Shown here: one piece after another, positions 1 to 12,944 of the stretch
Position numbering within the stretch: the stretch's first letter is position 1
How the letters are laid out: each line of letters opens with the position of its first letter
DNA from: Podarcis gaigeae
Lineage: Eukaryota
Length of the DNA stretch: 64,000 bases
Assembly (NCBI GenBank): GCA_964106915.2
Contig: OZ066916.1
Direction: 5' to 3' (one strand)
Position numbers and translations under genes: made by a program
Notes under the pieces: generated by a model
Seen by the model: only the letters and a program-made list of their open reading frames with translations
What the model was told of the DNA's origin: nothing
Databases searched by the model: none

Positions 1-1465
1 TATCTGACATAGATTTCAGGACTTGGGAAATGGTATGTCAACCATTACTGGTGAAGATATGAAGAGACCCTCCTCCCTTCCTCCTGCTACTATTTGTTAC
101 AGCAGAGGGGAAAGTAAGGAGTGGAGTGATGGGGAGGGAAGCAGGTGGGGGTGGAGAGGAAAGAGGGATTTTTAGATTGATGATGGAGGTGGGGGTCGGG
201 ACTGAAGATACACAGAGACTGAAGACACAGTTGTCTTCCCAATCATGGGGGTTTTTTGGGTGTGTGTTTTTTTTACAAAATCAGAATTTGGTTTGGCATT
301 GTAGTCTCAATAAACCAAGCTATTTATCTGAGCTTTTGGAGAAAGGGTTGCATTTCCATGAGCCTTGTTTTGACCCTGTGTTCAGCTTGGCAAAGGAATC
401 CATGCTGGAGGGACACTGTTAAAGATTATCCTGCTTGCACAGACATTCTTTACTGCCAGCCCCAGTGACTGTAATCTGAAGTTGTTTGACCTAGGATGAG
501 CAGTGACTTCTGACCCCCTATGGTGTTCAGCTGATGGCCAATTTTCCCTTGTACTTTATTTTATTCTGCAAAGTCAACACGGTTTAGACGTACAGAGAAC
601 AGCAGGAACTGACCATGAATGAAGACTAAACACAAAAATGAAATGAACCTCAGCAGTGTTAAGCGTTACGCAGAAATGTATGATGACAGATCAATAATGA
701 GCAAGACACCTACAAAAGATTTTGCATGAGTCGGGGGGGGGGGAATTGATTTCAAGAAGTTTATTCCAACACTTTCTGCAATTGTGTTTGCATCCTAAGA
801 CTGAGACATGGTAAGAGTCAGCATATTGACAAAACAGAATAGTAGCACCCTGCTGGTGCAGCTAAACAGATAATAAATGGCACCATAAAACATATACAGA
901 TGGCTAAATATGACTCAGCAACAAGGTGGGGATCCGCTGTCAATTCAAGCAAGCAGTGATTATCTCATACTAATGCAGGCTGTAAATACCATCTTTAGAC
1001 AAAGAGTTTCATTGCCAAAATAGCATGCCAGACTCTCAATTGGAAACCCATCACAGTTAAAGCAAAAGCAAAAACAAACATGAGAGGTTTGATAGATGTG
1101 AAGCACACATTGCCAAATAATTGGATCTACTGTTCTTATGCCTGGGAGTCAGATATATTGATACCAATCCAACAGTGGATAAAAGTTGCTAAAGCCATCA
1201 GAGAAGGTATTTAAAAGGCCATGCCAAGGGTGAGTTCTTATGATCCCCATCAGTTCCTACATTATCTCTCCCTGCTTACAAGGACCACAGCTCATTCAGG
1301 TGGGACTATATGTTTCCACATGGCTTGGAGCCACCAGGGAAGGACTTTTACATGCTGGAAAAAATTGTATGCCAGAGCACCACCCCCAATTTCGTCGTGT
1401 GAAATTACAGCACAAAACTCATTTGATTTCCTGAGCTAATTGCGGTTGCAAACAGATTTCTTCCT

Positions 1466-1559
1466 GGAAGCAATTAACATAGACATGAGGGTACACCTTC
1501 CACTAGATTCCACTATATTTCCAAAAGTAGTTTTTTACCCTGTGTGGAAGATCACATAA
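1466..1559 (+). mobile_element. Fragment of Harbinger-like MITE (same family as 29158-29275 and 30896-31292)
   Basis: TGGAAGCAATTAACAT...CTAGATTCCACTATATTTCCAAAAGT aligns by eye with the reverse complement of ~30985-31055. Confidence 0.6.
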
Positions 1560-1649
1560 ACAATATAATTTTTGTCCCTGATGTGGTGGTGTCCCTGGAC
1601 AATGCTGCAGTTGGGGATACCACCACATCAGGGACAAAAAATATATTGT
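1560..1649. repeat. Near-perfect inverted repeat (36-bp arms, 18-nt loop)
   Basis: Arms 1560-1595 and 1614-1649 pair at 34/36 positions Watson-Crick, plus one G-T and one A-A mismatch. Confidence 0.95.
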
Positions 1650-1889
1650 CTTTGTATTTCAGTTACTCAAGTTTTGATGTATCATGAACGACTTTTTTTA
1701 TTGATTTATATCACTTAGTATGTTTTGAAAATAATCTTGAGAGCAGCATTCTTCACTAAAACTCATTAATAATTCCTGGAATGTTTTCCCAAACTGAAAG
1801 CTCCTAACTCACATCAAATTTTACTTTGGGGAAAATTTGGAAGCAGTTCTAATACCCTCCTGCTTTGGAGAGCCATTTTAGAGCTTCAA

Positions 1890-2000
1890 GACAACTCTGC
1901 AGTGTCCATTAGGTTAAGAGAATGTGACTTGCTCAAGTGTGTCTGTGTCTGGATTCGAACCCAGGTTTCCCACATCCAGGCCAACTCTTCTGAGCACACT
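1890..2000 (-). mobile_element. MIR/CORE-like tRNA SINE fragment (Squam2-like)
   Basis: GGATTCGAACCCAGG is a reverse B-box; TTAGGTTAAGAGAATGTGACTTGCTCAAG resembles the CORE segment. Confidence 0.6.
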
Positions 2001-3791
2001 GGGCTCAAGAAAAGAGGTAGCATCATTATTGCTGACATATCAATGATGAACTCAGCACAATAAAGATCTGATTATCATCTCTGCTGTGATAGTTTACGGT
2101 TAGGACAATCTTTCTCTCTCCCCTCCTCCTCCCTTTTAAGGGAGTTTAATTAAATTGCTTGCTAGATATGGTTGATTTTTAACCATCGGGGTATTTCTGT
2201 GCTGCTTCTAGAAAATAAAATTCCGGTTCCTGATGTCAAGGAGCTAAACAAATAACAATGTAAGTACTGGACAAAAGGGGTAGGATCCTAGATGCTTTCT
2301 AGACAACTAACACCACTATAGCTGAAAGAAAACATCATTTGGGACTCCCTTGGTTCTCTAGAGCAATGATAGAACAAAAAATGTGGCTTTTATTTTAATG
2401 GCAAATTGGAAACTGGAGGGAGATTTTTTTGAATGCAGCTCCTTCTGAAGGTGATATTACTAGGTGTGGCACAAAATGTTTTAGCATATGAATTATACAT
2501 TTATCATATATTTAAAGAACCATTTAATCTGTTTTTCTCTGGTGATTTTAACAGTTCAGCTGATTAATGCCAGCAGCAGTACAGAAAATTGAAAGTAGGA
2601 TAGCTCCAAGTGTAAAATGTGGATGCTTCATTGCCCTGTTTAGTTAAGTAATAAATTGAAAGCTCATTGGTTAGAAATAATCCTCATTTTATCACACATC
2701 TATAGATTTCATCTTTCCCCATTTTCAGTGCCAAATTGTTGCTTAATATTTGCAAACAGCAGATTTAATTTTACATGCTGCTAGACCTTTTGGTATTTAT
2801 TTATTTTTTAGATGATAAAAATTGCAGCATACCTCATATTTTTAAATAGCACATTAGATTTATTTATGTGCAGTTTCCAGCAGGGCTTATGTGTAACTCT
2901 ACACAATGACAGCATTTATGAACTGTGCAAGGAGAAAAGATAATATTGACCTGCTCTTGTTATCAAATAACTGCAAAATTCTAAAACTGGAACCATTCGT
3001 TGAAACGAATATACAATTAGTGGCGTGGACTATGTGATAATCAACAGTATTTCCCCCTGCTCCTTCTCTGTGCTGAACAGAACTGCAGATCGTCCATAGA
3101 TCTGTGCAACAACGAAAGGATAAAACAAATAATGGTTGATATGCACAGTGCTACACTATGATAATCCAATTATTTCCCATAGTGTGGAAATAACATGCAA
3201 TTTCCACACCTGTGACTTCAGAAAAGTTGTTATTTGCACAGTCTGGATCTGAATACATAGTAAAAAGAGAGAGAGAATTGCTATGGTGTTGTGGCGCAGA
3301 TTTACATTTTTTGCTCCCTAAACTCCACAATCACATATTCTCTCTCTCTTCCTGCATGTTGCAATATGTGCTGCCCTCTTGCCCAGTAGGGAATCCAAGC
3401 TGATGATCAACCTCCAGCATTTGTCACAAACATGACACCTGAGATGACGAGTTGCATCTCCACAGTGGGAAGGAAGACAAGGGAGAAGGGACCTGTACTT
3501 TTATGGCTGTTCCACCAGCCAGTTAGAGACAGGAAGATCAGATGTTAGGTGAATAAGCCATTAATACTAAAGCGTACTAAAATGCGATACAGTGCTCTTT
3601 GCTGTCACTGGTCCATAAACATTTGTTTCACTTAACCAGTTTTTGGTGTGTGATGTTTCTTCTTAGGTAAAGCCTGTGATTAAGCCTGATCTTTCAAGAA
3701 TTCAAAGCCCAACTGCTCTATCAGTCCCTAGGTCAGAATTTGAGTTGGACAACTCCCAAGCTGAGGCAAAGTGCCTCACAGGATTTGGGTG

Positions 3792-4040
3792 CAGGGCCAT
3801 CTTATCCATAGGTGCTAGGGTGTGCGGCACGTGGGCGCCAGGCTCTCAGGGGCACCAGGCCGAGGGTCTGGGGCCCGAGAGTTAAGTCCGGGGAAGTCCA
3901 TCGGTCGGAGCGCCGCGGCGGCTCTGGACCGCAAGTTGGGGGGCAACTGAGCCAGCGAGATGCTGAAGTGGCTGGCCGGCTCTGCCCTCCTGCGCACCTG
4001 GGACTGGGCAACTGGGGAGGGGGGCGCAGGGTGGATCTGT
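3792..4040 (+). mobile_element. GC-rich non-autonomous hAT (Tip100-like) element, one end only
   Basis: Starts CAGGGCCATCTTATCCATAGG (CAGGGCCGTCTTA-type TIR) and has GGGCGCC/GGGCACC subterminal motifs. CpG-rich; no matching right TIR seen. Confidence 0.55.
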
Positions 4041-4455
4041 TTGGGTGTTTATTCAAAGAGAAGTAGGATCTTTACAGAGCTTCTGCAAGAGCCAAAGCAA
4101 GGACCACTGAACACTTCACAGCACCTTAGTAAATACAGACATTTAAAAAAGATGATAGAATCAAGCATCTACTAAAATGTTTCTAAGCTTACCAAATAAG
4201 GAAAACAAAAAGGTGTGGAGGGAAAGGGAAGACCTTGGCGACATTGAAAGTTATGTTTAGCTTAAGAAACATGCCAAGTTCAGAAGGAGGGGGAAGGGGA
4301 TCCTTTGGGACTAGTAGGTCTACTTAGCATTCGTGGGAAGAATTTGGAGAGAGATTAGCTCAGCAAGAGAAAAACGTACATCTCTAAGTTGAAGGAAGAT
4401 GCCAGGCTTGGGGGGGGGGGGGTAAGGTGGATGAAGAGCTCCAATGTTACTGACT

Positions 4456-4580
4456 TAGGGATGGGAGAGAAAATTGGTTTGATTTGCATTTTAAGGCAAA
4501 TCTACTTAATTTTCAGTTCCTGCAATAATATGCGAGCTGAAACACAGCTGCCACACAAAATTCTCACTCGTCTGAATATT
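4456..4580 (+). mobile_element. Old non-autonomous DNA transposon with TAGGGATGG terminus
   Basis: TAGGGATGGGAGAGAAAATTGGTTTGATTTGCATTTT...GAAACACAGC; the terminus is shared with 43756 and, inverted, with 60691-60700. Confidence 0.5.
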
Positions 4581-4794
4581 GTGATGCAATTCTTCAACCA
4601 CATAGGGCCAGATTCAATTAACTGGTTCTGCAAGTGAAAGCTCATGCAATGTCTTCTACAATTTTTGTAGGCCTGAATATCCTTGGTGTGTGTCATTTTT
4701 TTATTTGATGAACTTTTTTTGTGATTCCAGCCCCCCCAAAAAAATCAGGGGCAGGGAATCTGGAGAGAGGCTGTTTTATTGTTTCTTATTTATA

Positions 4795-4955
4795 AATATT
4801 ATATTTATATCCATTCCACTTTTCCTTCAAATAACTCAAGATGACATTCATGCCATCTTGAGGAAGATTAGGCTGAGAGATGGCACCTGGCCAAAGTTAC
4901 ACAGTAAATTCCATGGCTGATTTTAACTCTGCTGTCCCAAATCTTAGACCACTGA
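4795..4955 (-). mobile_element. MIR/CORE-like SINE fragment
   Basis: TTAGGCTGAGAGATGGCACCTGGCCAAAGTTACACAGTAAATTCCATGGCTGA matches the CORE-SINE consensus pattern; L2-like AT tail on the left. Confidence 0.6.
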
Positions 4956-5096
4956 ATATCCTTCTAGCTTATTCTACACTCTAGAGGGGCAAAAAAGTTG
5001 CAGAAGTGGATAAGCTAAAGTAAAGGAATAATTATCTCCCATAGGTCTGGAAATTCATGGGGTTCCTTTTTAACTACTTTAAGAGCATCCAATTCA

Positions 5097-5170
5097 GGCT
5101 GCAGCCACATTCATACTTACCATGGAGCAATCCCTATAGAATTCAGTGGGGCTTACTTCTGAGCAACACA
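5097..5170 (+). mobile_element. Short ancient palindromic MITE (GGCTGCAATCCT...AGGATTGCA type, probably PIF/Harbinger-related)
   Basis: ACTTACC...CCCTATAGAATTCAGTGGGGCTTACTTCTGAG core; related copies at ~6715, ~11210 and ~15894. Confidence 0.6.
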
Positions 5171-6714
5171 TCATTATTGTGGTATGAGCCCATTTACAAA
5201 ATTGTGGCAGCAGGCACCCCTCCATCACAAGACACTTAACGTGCTTAGTATTGAAACTGAAACAGAAACTGAAGTGTTTAAGTGCCCACTATTTCCTTGC
5301 AAAGGAGGAGGATAGGGAAAAAAACAGAACAGGTCAAGGGACACATAACTTTTCTCCCAGCAGACAAGCAGCTGTGACAATAGGGACCCCTTCTGAACCA
5401 AAGTAAGACACTTTTCAGTTTAGTTAGGTGCTAACCATTTGTAAAACTGCAATGCTTAAGTGTTGCAGCTTAAGTATTTTTGCAAGGGAGGAGGATGGGG
5501 AGAATACCAGAACAACTTGGCCACACCTCTGTGGCCTCTCACTGGCCCAGCCCCCTAGAGATCTCCTAGCAGGCTACGAGTGATTGCCAAAGAAGAAAGA
5601 AATGGGCACCATTGATCACTGTATGTGCATGCGTGCAAATCACTTATTGGATAGTGGTCCATGTCAAAATCTTTCAGACATGTAAATTTTCCACATGCAT
5701 GGAACTCTTGACGCTTTTCATACAAACAGTCTCCCTGGCATTCTAAAACAGTTCCAGATGACACATTTCTTTCCAGTAGTGTAAAGTAACTTGGCTAGGG
5801 CAAGACTGTAAACTGCTTAGAGATTTCTGGATCTGCACGTACAATAATTTCCACGTATAAAAATCAGCCAACTGTCTCACTCAGGAATTTTAATGTAAGA
5901 ATAACAATAAAGTGCTTTCTATCAATTGTGCTTATCCAACGTGAATTGCTTCTGAGATTTAGGTTTCCGTTTTCACCTCCAGTCACTTTGAAAGATTTGT
6001 TTACTTACTGCCCGTGATATATCGCTCTTGTGAACATCAGCCAGGGATAAACTGGGATATAATTTGGACTACTACGGCAGAGTGGTCTAATTAAAATCTA
6101 ATCAACAGCATGGGGAGAAACACCAAGTGAGAATCCTTTTAACATCAACTCCTTGAGGCTCCTTGTGTTGTCTATATGCACAGACACTGCGCACTGAGGC
6201 TGAAGGCTTGTTAGCATGCTGAACACATTTTAGCTGCAATACTGCTGTTCCTTTCAGGCTCCGACATGGGGTAATCTTATTCTCAGCTCAGTGATTAAAC
6301 CTATGCAACCTTTTCTTTTCTGGTGGACTGAAGGGGGGAGGGGAAGGTGCAATTAAAAAGAAAGAAAGAAACGTTCACCCAGGACCTTGCCGGAGATGGT
6401 CTAATTATCATCTGTAGCCATAGTAGTTTGAACTGGGGTCTCTCCCTCTTTCCCCCTCTTTTCTTTTCAAGGAGCTGGTGTCTGTTGCTTCATCAACCCA
6501 GAGGCCATATACTCTTATCTCATTTGCAAGGACACTGACAAAAAGGAGGCTAGAGCTATGCCTAGCCGTACACAAGGAGAAAGAACTGGCAGTAATAGCC
6601 CTGGATTAGGCATCCAAGTCAAAGAAACATCTGAAATCATCCATGGGGGAAACAAATTTGAAAAGCGGAGGGTATATTGGATGCCGTAGGCAAATTAACA
6701 CTTCAGCTGCTGGC

Positions 6715-6791
6715 AGGACAATCCTTTACATATGCACTCAGAAGCCTATCCCACTGAGTTCAGCGTGGGGCTTATGTATAGGACTGCAGCC
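6715..6791. mobile_element. Short palindromic MITE, same family as 5097-5170
   Basis: CAATCCT...ACTCAGAAG..CCCACTGAGTTCAG..GGGGCTTA..TATAGGACTGCAGCC. Confidence 0.6.
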
Positions 6792-7942
6792 TGAAAGATA
6801 CAGGTGCCAGTCCATTAGTGAACTGAGGTGTCTGCAGTAGCACAGATTGGCATAACTGTTTCAATTAAACAATGCGGAATATTCATTCTCTGTGCTGTGG
6901 TTTCTTAGCAGCTTTGCAGCCCTTGGGCTGTCTGAAGAAGAAAGCATATTGTTAACCACTTCTAGACCATTGAGTGCAATTCTATCACCGCACTGAGGCA
7001 GCAGTTCCCCAGGTATTCATGTATGTGTTACAATGCTTGTCTCAAATTGTTCTTACTATGATCTTTATTTTATTTATGCAGCTCCATCGATGTAGGTGGC
7101 AAAGTAACATCAGTGGCCCAGGTAGGACCCTGCCCCAAAGAGCTTATGATCTAGAATGCATTCTAAATTGCAGAGATTATGGAAGAAGAAGATGGAAAGG
7201 GGTGGCCAAGGTGACAAGAGGTAGACAGGCAATGAAAACAAAGGCAATTCTTTGTAATGTAGCCATGGCCTACCCAAATGCCAGCTTCTTCCATCTTCTT
7301 CCCCTCTGTTGTCTCCACACATAGCAGAAATACTGTCCAAAGCTTTAGATAGTTCTGAGAAGTTAGGGCAGAGTCATCTTCCTACCATTCCAACATTTTT
7401 GGCCCATAGGAACTGCAGAGGTGAAGGGTGGGTGGCCAACAGCATGTCTATTAGCAACAGGGTTCCCTTTACACAGGAGCAGCTGACTTTGCCCACAGAA
7501 TGGATACTTTTAATATAACTAGGAACACAATCAATGCCACTGAGGCATATGTCAAGTTACAAAATTCATATGCTAGTGAGCATTCTGTGCATTCTTTATC
7601 TTGACAGCAATCTTGCAAGGTCACCTGTGTTCCCATTTTATAGAGAGGTAATTGAGGTTTAGAACCAATCTAGAAGTTATTTGCTGCAGAAAGAATCTTA
7701 CACCAGTGGTATTTTAAGCAGCTTTTAGAGGGACAGCTAAGATAGGGCTATGCTATCTTCTTTCTCTGGCCACTGCTTTCCCAGTTGCCAATCTCAGCAG
7801 CTCTCCCCACCTTGCCCCAAATTCCAGATGCAGGAAGAAAGGGTATATGGAGTGGATACTGGGAGGAACTGGTGGGCTGTAAGTCCACAATTTCCCCAGT
7901 GCTTCTCTGAAGAGGTTTCACAGAAATGCCCTCAGTATAGAC

Positions 7943-8307
7943 CAGGGGTGGCCAACTTTCAAGAGACTGTGATCTACTTTCAGAATTAAAAAGCGGCAGT
8001 GATCTACCCCCTTTTTTAGGGGTTAAAAAAAGCTTTAGGGGGAGAGTTCCGTTTTTGAGGGGGTTAAAGGCAAGGGGCAAAGGGATAAAGTCACTCACAA
8101 AAAGATTGCTATGGATCAAAACAGCAGCGCAGAGAAAACTCCGTCTTCCCTTCCAGAGATCATACAACAATGGAGGGAGGGGTGAGGGGGCGGGGCAGGA
8201 GTCAGTTTTAGTGACACTAAGGAAAGGGAGCCAGAGATCGACCACAATCTACCAAAACCTCATGAGGATCTACCAGTAGATCACGATCGACCTGTTAGAC
8301 ATCCCTG
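7943..8307. mobile_element. Non-autonomous hAT (Charlie-like) transposon, complete
   Basis: Ends CAGGGGTGGCCAAC and GTTAGACATCCCTG; perfect 8-bp TSD GTATAGAC at 7935-7942 and 8308-8315; subterminal GATCTAC/GATCGAC repeats. Confidence 0.92.
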
Positions 8308-9787
8308 GTATAGACATTTATACTTTTGCTTTCATACATTGCATAGTCTATATTGGTGGTTTTTATTTAGAGATTTTACTTAGGGAAATCTTTGACACAC
8401 AATAAGCCAACCCCACTCCCCCTGTAAAAAAAGGAAACTTAAATGGACACTAAAAAAGCTTTGAAATGAATGTGTATATCTATCAAATGTTCCACCTTTT
8501 AAAGTTATAAATTTATATAAAATTAAATAAAAATGTTGCAGTCTTTTATTTTTATTTTTTAAAATCTACAACATTAGCAAAATCTAAAGTGAGGAAGGAA
8601 TCAGGCCTACCATCAGTACTCAGCATTCTCAAGTGCCTTGGCAACATCCAGCGGTACTGACATCTGCCTTGACAGATCATCCATCTGTGGGCACTGCCAA
8701 TCAGCCTCCTTCCAGCTGTGTTGCTGACCAGCATGGTTGGCAGGTCTCCTGTGCTTCCACTGCTTCTAGGACACTGCCAATGCTGGAAGGTCACCACTTT
8801 CAGTTTCCCACAATGCAACGTCTCACAACATTAAGACGGCATTGCCTCGGGAGAACTCAAAACTTGTAGCCACCCTGCGCTGATCAGAGTTAATGCTGTG
8901 CCAGCAAAGTTCATGTGGGGAAGGTTACAATCACTAGCTTGCAGAGGCCTCTTGTGGTGTTGTGCCTGATCAGTGGTGGCACCAGAGGGAGGTGATCAAC
9001 TGCATCATGCTGATGGCTCACTCAAGGCTGAAACCAGCCCTCCACAGATCGCCACCAAAAGCAGACGTTTGCTGAGAAGGAGAAAAGTATCAATCTAGAG
9101 CTCAGGAATCCCATCCTTGCTTTATTTTAACAGTGTGAGCTGCAGACACATCAAATTATAAACAGGACCAAAGTGGAACCATGCCCACTTTGGCATGCAA
9201 AAGGAAGTGCAGGAAGCAGCCCATGTTCCAAGGATGTGTGATGTGGCAGGGTCTTGCATGACACTGCCATTTCTTTTATCAGTGGGGACCGGGAGAGAAA
9301 ACAGATAAGATTTGCTGCTTCTGCTAAGAGTGGAGTCCAAGAAGACTACACTGGTGCAATATAGCCTGTGAGCATCCACTGTATACCTCAGCTCCAAATA
9401 CTTGCCCTAACAAGCATACTCTCAATGCTTCTGCTTCTCCTTTGTGCCCTTGCGTAATCTCAGGCTCAGGTCTCCTGGCACTTGTAAAAATGCAATGGAG
9501 TGTTGAGAACAGTAAGAGGCATTGGCAGTAGTTAAAACAGCAACTTGGGTAAAAGGGGTGGAATTGTTTGCTTGGGAAACGCAGGTTCTCCCTGGGTCTG
9601 TGACTCTGCGTGCACAAAGCAGTTAGAGATCTGCTTAGAGATCAAATGTGCCTTTCTCCAACATGACTAAGAATTGCAAGATGTCATCTAATCTGTTCAA
9701 ATGGCAAGCTCCTTGAAAGTTGTCGTAACACAGAGAACAGAAAGGAACGGTATGTAAGATTGCTTGAGCGAGCAGCAAAAGCTCATT

Positions 9788-9810
9788 ATGATGATGATGA
9801 TGATGATGAT
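9788..9810. repeat. (GAT)n microsatellite
   Basis: Direct reading. Confidence 0.9.
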
Positions 9811-11209
9811 TTAAATTACATGTCAGAGGCTGGGTTTTAAGGGCTCTTTAACTGGGTGTCTTTGAGGGTGACAATTAATTGCAGTTGTCAAAGGCAGGCA
9901 AATTCCATCATGGGTGCAAATCTTGGGCGAAACAAAAGACGTTGGCACCAATGCCAGGCCCTCAGGGCTTATCCCGCTCCACCTATTCAAGTGAAAAGCA
10001 AAACGTCCATTGATCTGATAAAGCAGGATCAGGTCCAAGTAATTCAGCCTTGTAACAGCAACCAAGGTCCTTTTTTATTTTATTTTTAAAATGTATATTG
10101 ACATGCTGTTGACTAGCAAGTGCTGCTCATTATGAATGCTGGGATTACTTTACAGCTTAGCGCACTGGCAGCTCTAAACAGCCGATGACCTTTGCAAAAT
10201 TGGAGCTTGAGAAATTCCAACCTATTGCCTGCGCTTCTGCGTGTTGTGATCCCCAGTGCAAGAAAATCAGATCTATTAGTAGGCACCGCGTAGAATCTGA
10301 CATGCACCACAGCTACACTGTAAAGGCAAACCAATTCATTAGCAGCCCTGGTTACTCAGTAACTTGCGTGTGTTCTCAGCGAAACAGCCTACCATCGCTT
10401 CTGCCAGGTGCTCTTGTTCGCTTCAGTGAGTAAGTGCGGTTAAGGACAAAAATGTGTACTTAACTGGCCAATAAATCTCTCTTAATACTTCTTTTCCCCA
10501 TCTGACCTCCTGCCCGTGAATATCATTAATGCGATGGGTGGGTGGGAAATGGGGATAGTTAAATGGCCCAACGGATACCTTGCGGAGGTCATTTCACACC
10601 CTTGCAACTCACTGGGAGGATAAGTTTGGGAACATCTCAGAGGTGAGGCTGGAAGCTTCTGAGACTGACGAGGCACAAACGGTTTCATTTCCCAGCACTC
10701 CACAATGTCACTCCTGCAGTGAAATAGAAGGACATGCCTATTCACTTAGCTCTCTTGGTCATGGAAGGAGTGTCCCCTACAGTCACAGACTTGAAAGCAG
10801 ATTAAAAAATAAGAACCATAACAATATATATGGTAGCTCTGAACAAAATGAGTATATGCAAATCCCTTTTAGCTCACTCCTTCCCGTGGGATACTGCATT
10901 TTTACCTGTTAAAAGGAGAAGAATATTTTGAATATATGATGGGTGGATAATTGGTCCAGCTACCCCAACATTGCTCTGACTGGCAGCCACAATGCAGGCT
11001 CTCTGGCAGGAATTTTTCTCAGCCCCTTTATCTGGAGATGCTGTTCTGCAATATTCTGCATACCAGTCATGGGCTATGCCACTTGCCTAAGACTACGGTA
11101 TTCCCTCTCCCAACTGTTTCATTGCATTCACCATCTCTCTTGCTTTGCATCCCATTTCATTGTTGAATTCACATGCAGGCGTATTTGTTTGAAATTACTG
11201 GAATACTTA

Positions 11210-11296
11210 CAGTGCAATCATTATACACCTACACACATCTACCCACTGAATTCAGTGGAGTTTTCTTCCACGTAAGTTGTTACAGAACTGAAGCTT
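11210..11296. mobile_element. Short palindromic MITE, same family as 5097-5170
   Basis: AGTGCAATC...CCCACTGAATTCAGTGG...GTAAGT..AGAACTGAAGC. Confidence 0.5.
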
Positions 11297-12000
11297 AACA
11301 TCAACATCAACAACAATAATAAGCCGAGTGTGTCATACAAGTGGCAAAGAAGATTAATAGGATTGGGGAATATATTAAAAGCAAGGGATATGTGTCTCAA
11401 AATAGTGAAATAGAACCATTGCCAAAATGGAACAATAAATAGCAATAAATAAGTAGCCAATTAATTAAATTTGTGGGATGGGATCCAAGAAACTTCTCAA
11501 ATCGTTCTGTACGCCCAGGAGTTCTATGGGCTTGTATTTGTTAAATAGGTGCTCTTTCCACACCACGTGGCAATCTACTTTTAAAACTTTCAAAGTGGTT
11601 TTGGTATGCCACGGGGTGAGTGGATTGCCTGCTCCTTAAAGAAAAGGTGGAAGGGAATAACCATTACAATCCGACTGGGCATGCCCAAGTCCTTCTTTTG
11701 ATCTTGACCATACACTGTCATTTCCTCTTATGCTTCCCTCCATCCTTCACCACCCAATAAGCTGCCATCTTTCATCACAAAACAAGGTAAGCAGCATTTA
11801 TTTTATTTCCTGAAAGGAAATAAGGTCTTTCAAACCTGCGTAGTATAGATGTATAATATGGGCAACACATGGACAAGCCATAGCCTTTCCAAATGAGTGA
11901 TCTTATTCAGTCATAACATTAGCATCTAAATGAAACCGCGCTTGCTGGCAAGAGTAAAACCAGATTCTGTAATAATGGCCACATAGTTTTATTTTTTAAA

Positions 12001-12050
12001 TACGTGTGTGTGTGTATGCACGCGTGCGCACACACACACACACACACACA
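12001..12050. repeat. Alternating purine-pyrimidine tract (TG)n-CACGCGTGCG-(CA)n
   Basis: About 50 bp of uninterrupted RY alternation, read directly. Confidence 0.9.
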
Positions 12051-12380
12051 TCAGCAGAGAAATCAATTATGGATTCGCCCCTCATCTGCTCCTTAGACAC
12101 ATCTGAAGCTTTGACGTTGTGAATTCCGTTTATTTGCTGCTGGCCTAATAATCCCCTGCATGCTGGGAAAAACCTTTGTTCTCTGACAGAAGTAATAAAG
12201 CTGTCTCCACGATTCCCCCTTGTGAGACAAGGAGTGCTCCCGTTTTATTTAATCGGCTGGTGTGCTGCCTTTTCAAAGTAAACACTTCACAGGGACCCAA
12301 GGCAGAAAGACATGCCAATGACAGGTCTGCCATGTATTTTTTTTTTAAAGAGAGCTTTAGCCTCTTTTTAAAAATAATAT

Positions 12381-12414
12381 TAATAATAATAATAGTAATA
12401 ATAATAATAATAAT
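12381..12414. repeat. (TAA)n microsatellite
   Basis: Direct reading, one interruption. Confidence 0.9.
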
Positions 12415-12652
12415 ATGTCCTCACTTAAAAAATAAACTCAGCCCTTCATGAGAAACTCAGGTCAAGCAGGCCTTGACTTGGAGCACGTATCTCCTTGTGG
12501 AAGTGCTTCAGGTCCCTTTCCTGAATGACTCCCCCTCTCCGCCTTTCCCTATTCCCCAAGTCTTCATTCACTTGTTCCCAGTGAATAGAGAGCAGGGAGA
12601 AAATGAAGCGATCTCAACGACAGCAGGAGGCCGGCTGCTTTCTTTTAAGCAT

Positions 12653-12944
12653 NNNNNNNNNNNNNNNNNNNNNNNNNNNNNNNNNNNNNNNNNNNNNNNN
12701 NNNNNNNNNNNNNNNNNNNNNNNNNNNNNNNNNNNNNNNNNNNNNNNNNNNNNNNNNNNNNNNNNNNNNNNNNNNNNNNNNNNNNNNNNNNNNNNNNNNN
12801 NNNNNNNNNNNNNNNNNNNNNNNNNNNNNNNNNNNNNNNNNNNNNNNNNNNNNNNNNNNNNNNNNNNNNNNNNNNNNNNNNNNNNNNNNNNNNNNNNNNN
12901 NNNNNNNNNNNNNNNNNNNNNNNNNNNNNNNNNNNNNNNNNNNN
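12653..12944. other. Assembly gap (292 N)
   Basis: N run. Confidence 1.

Noticed and set aside
3792-4066. CpG island or promoter with overlapping GC-rich ORFs
   Set aside because: Only ~250 bp and begins with a hAT-type terminus; better explained as a young transposon fragment. The ORFs have no recognisable domain.
5113-5128. Minus-strand ATG|GTAAGT donor like the one at 34217
   Set aside because: Lies within a common short MITE whose consensus contains ACTTACC.
7082-7121. 40-nt plus-strand micro-exon candidate
   Set aside because: Moderate splice sites only (CAG|GTAGGA); expected by chance.
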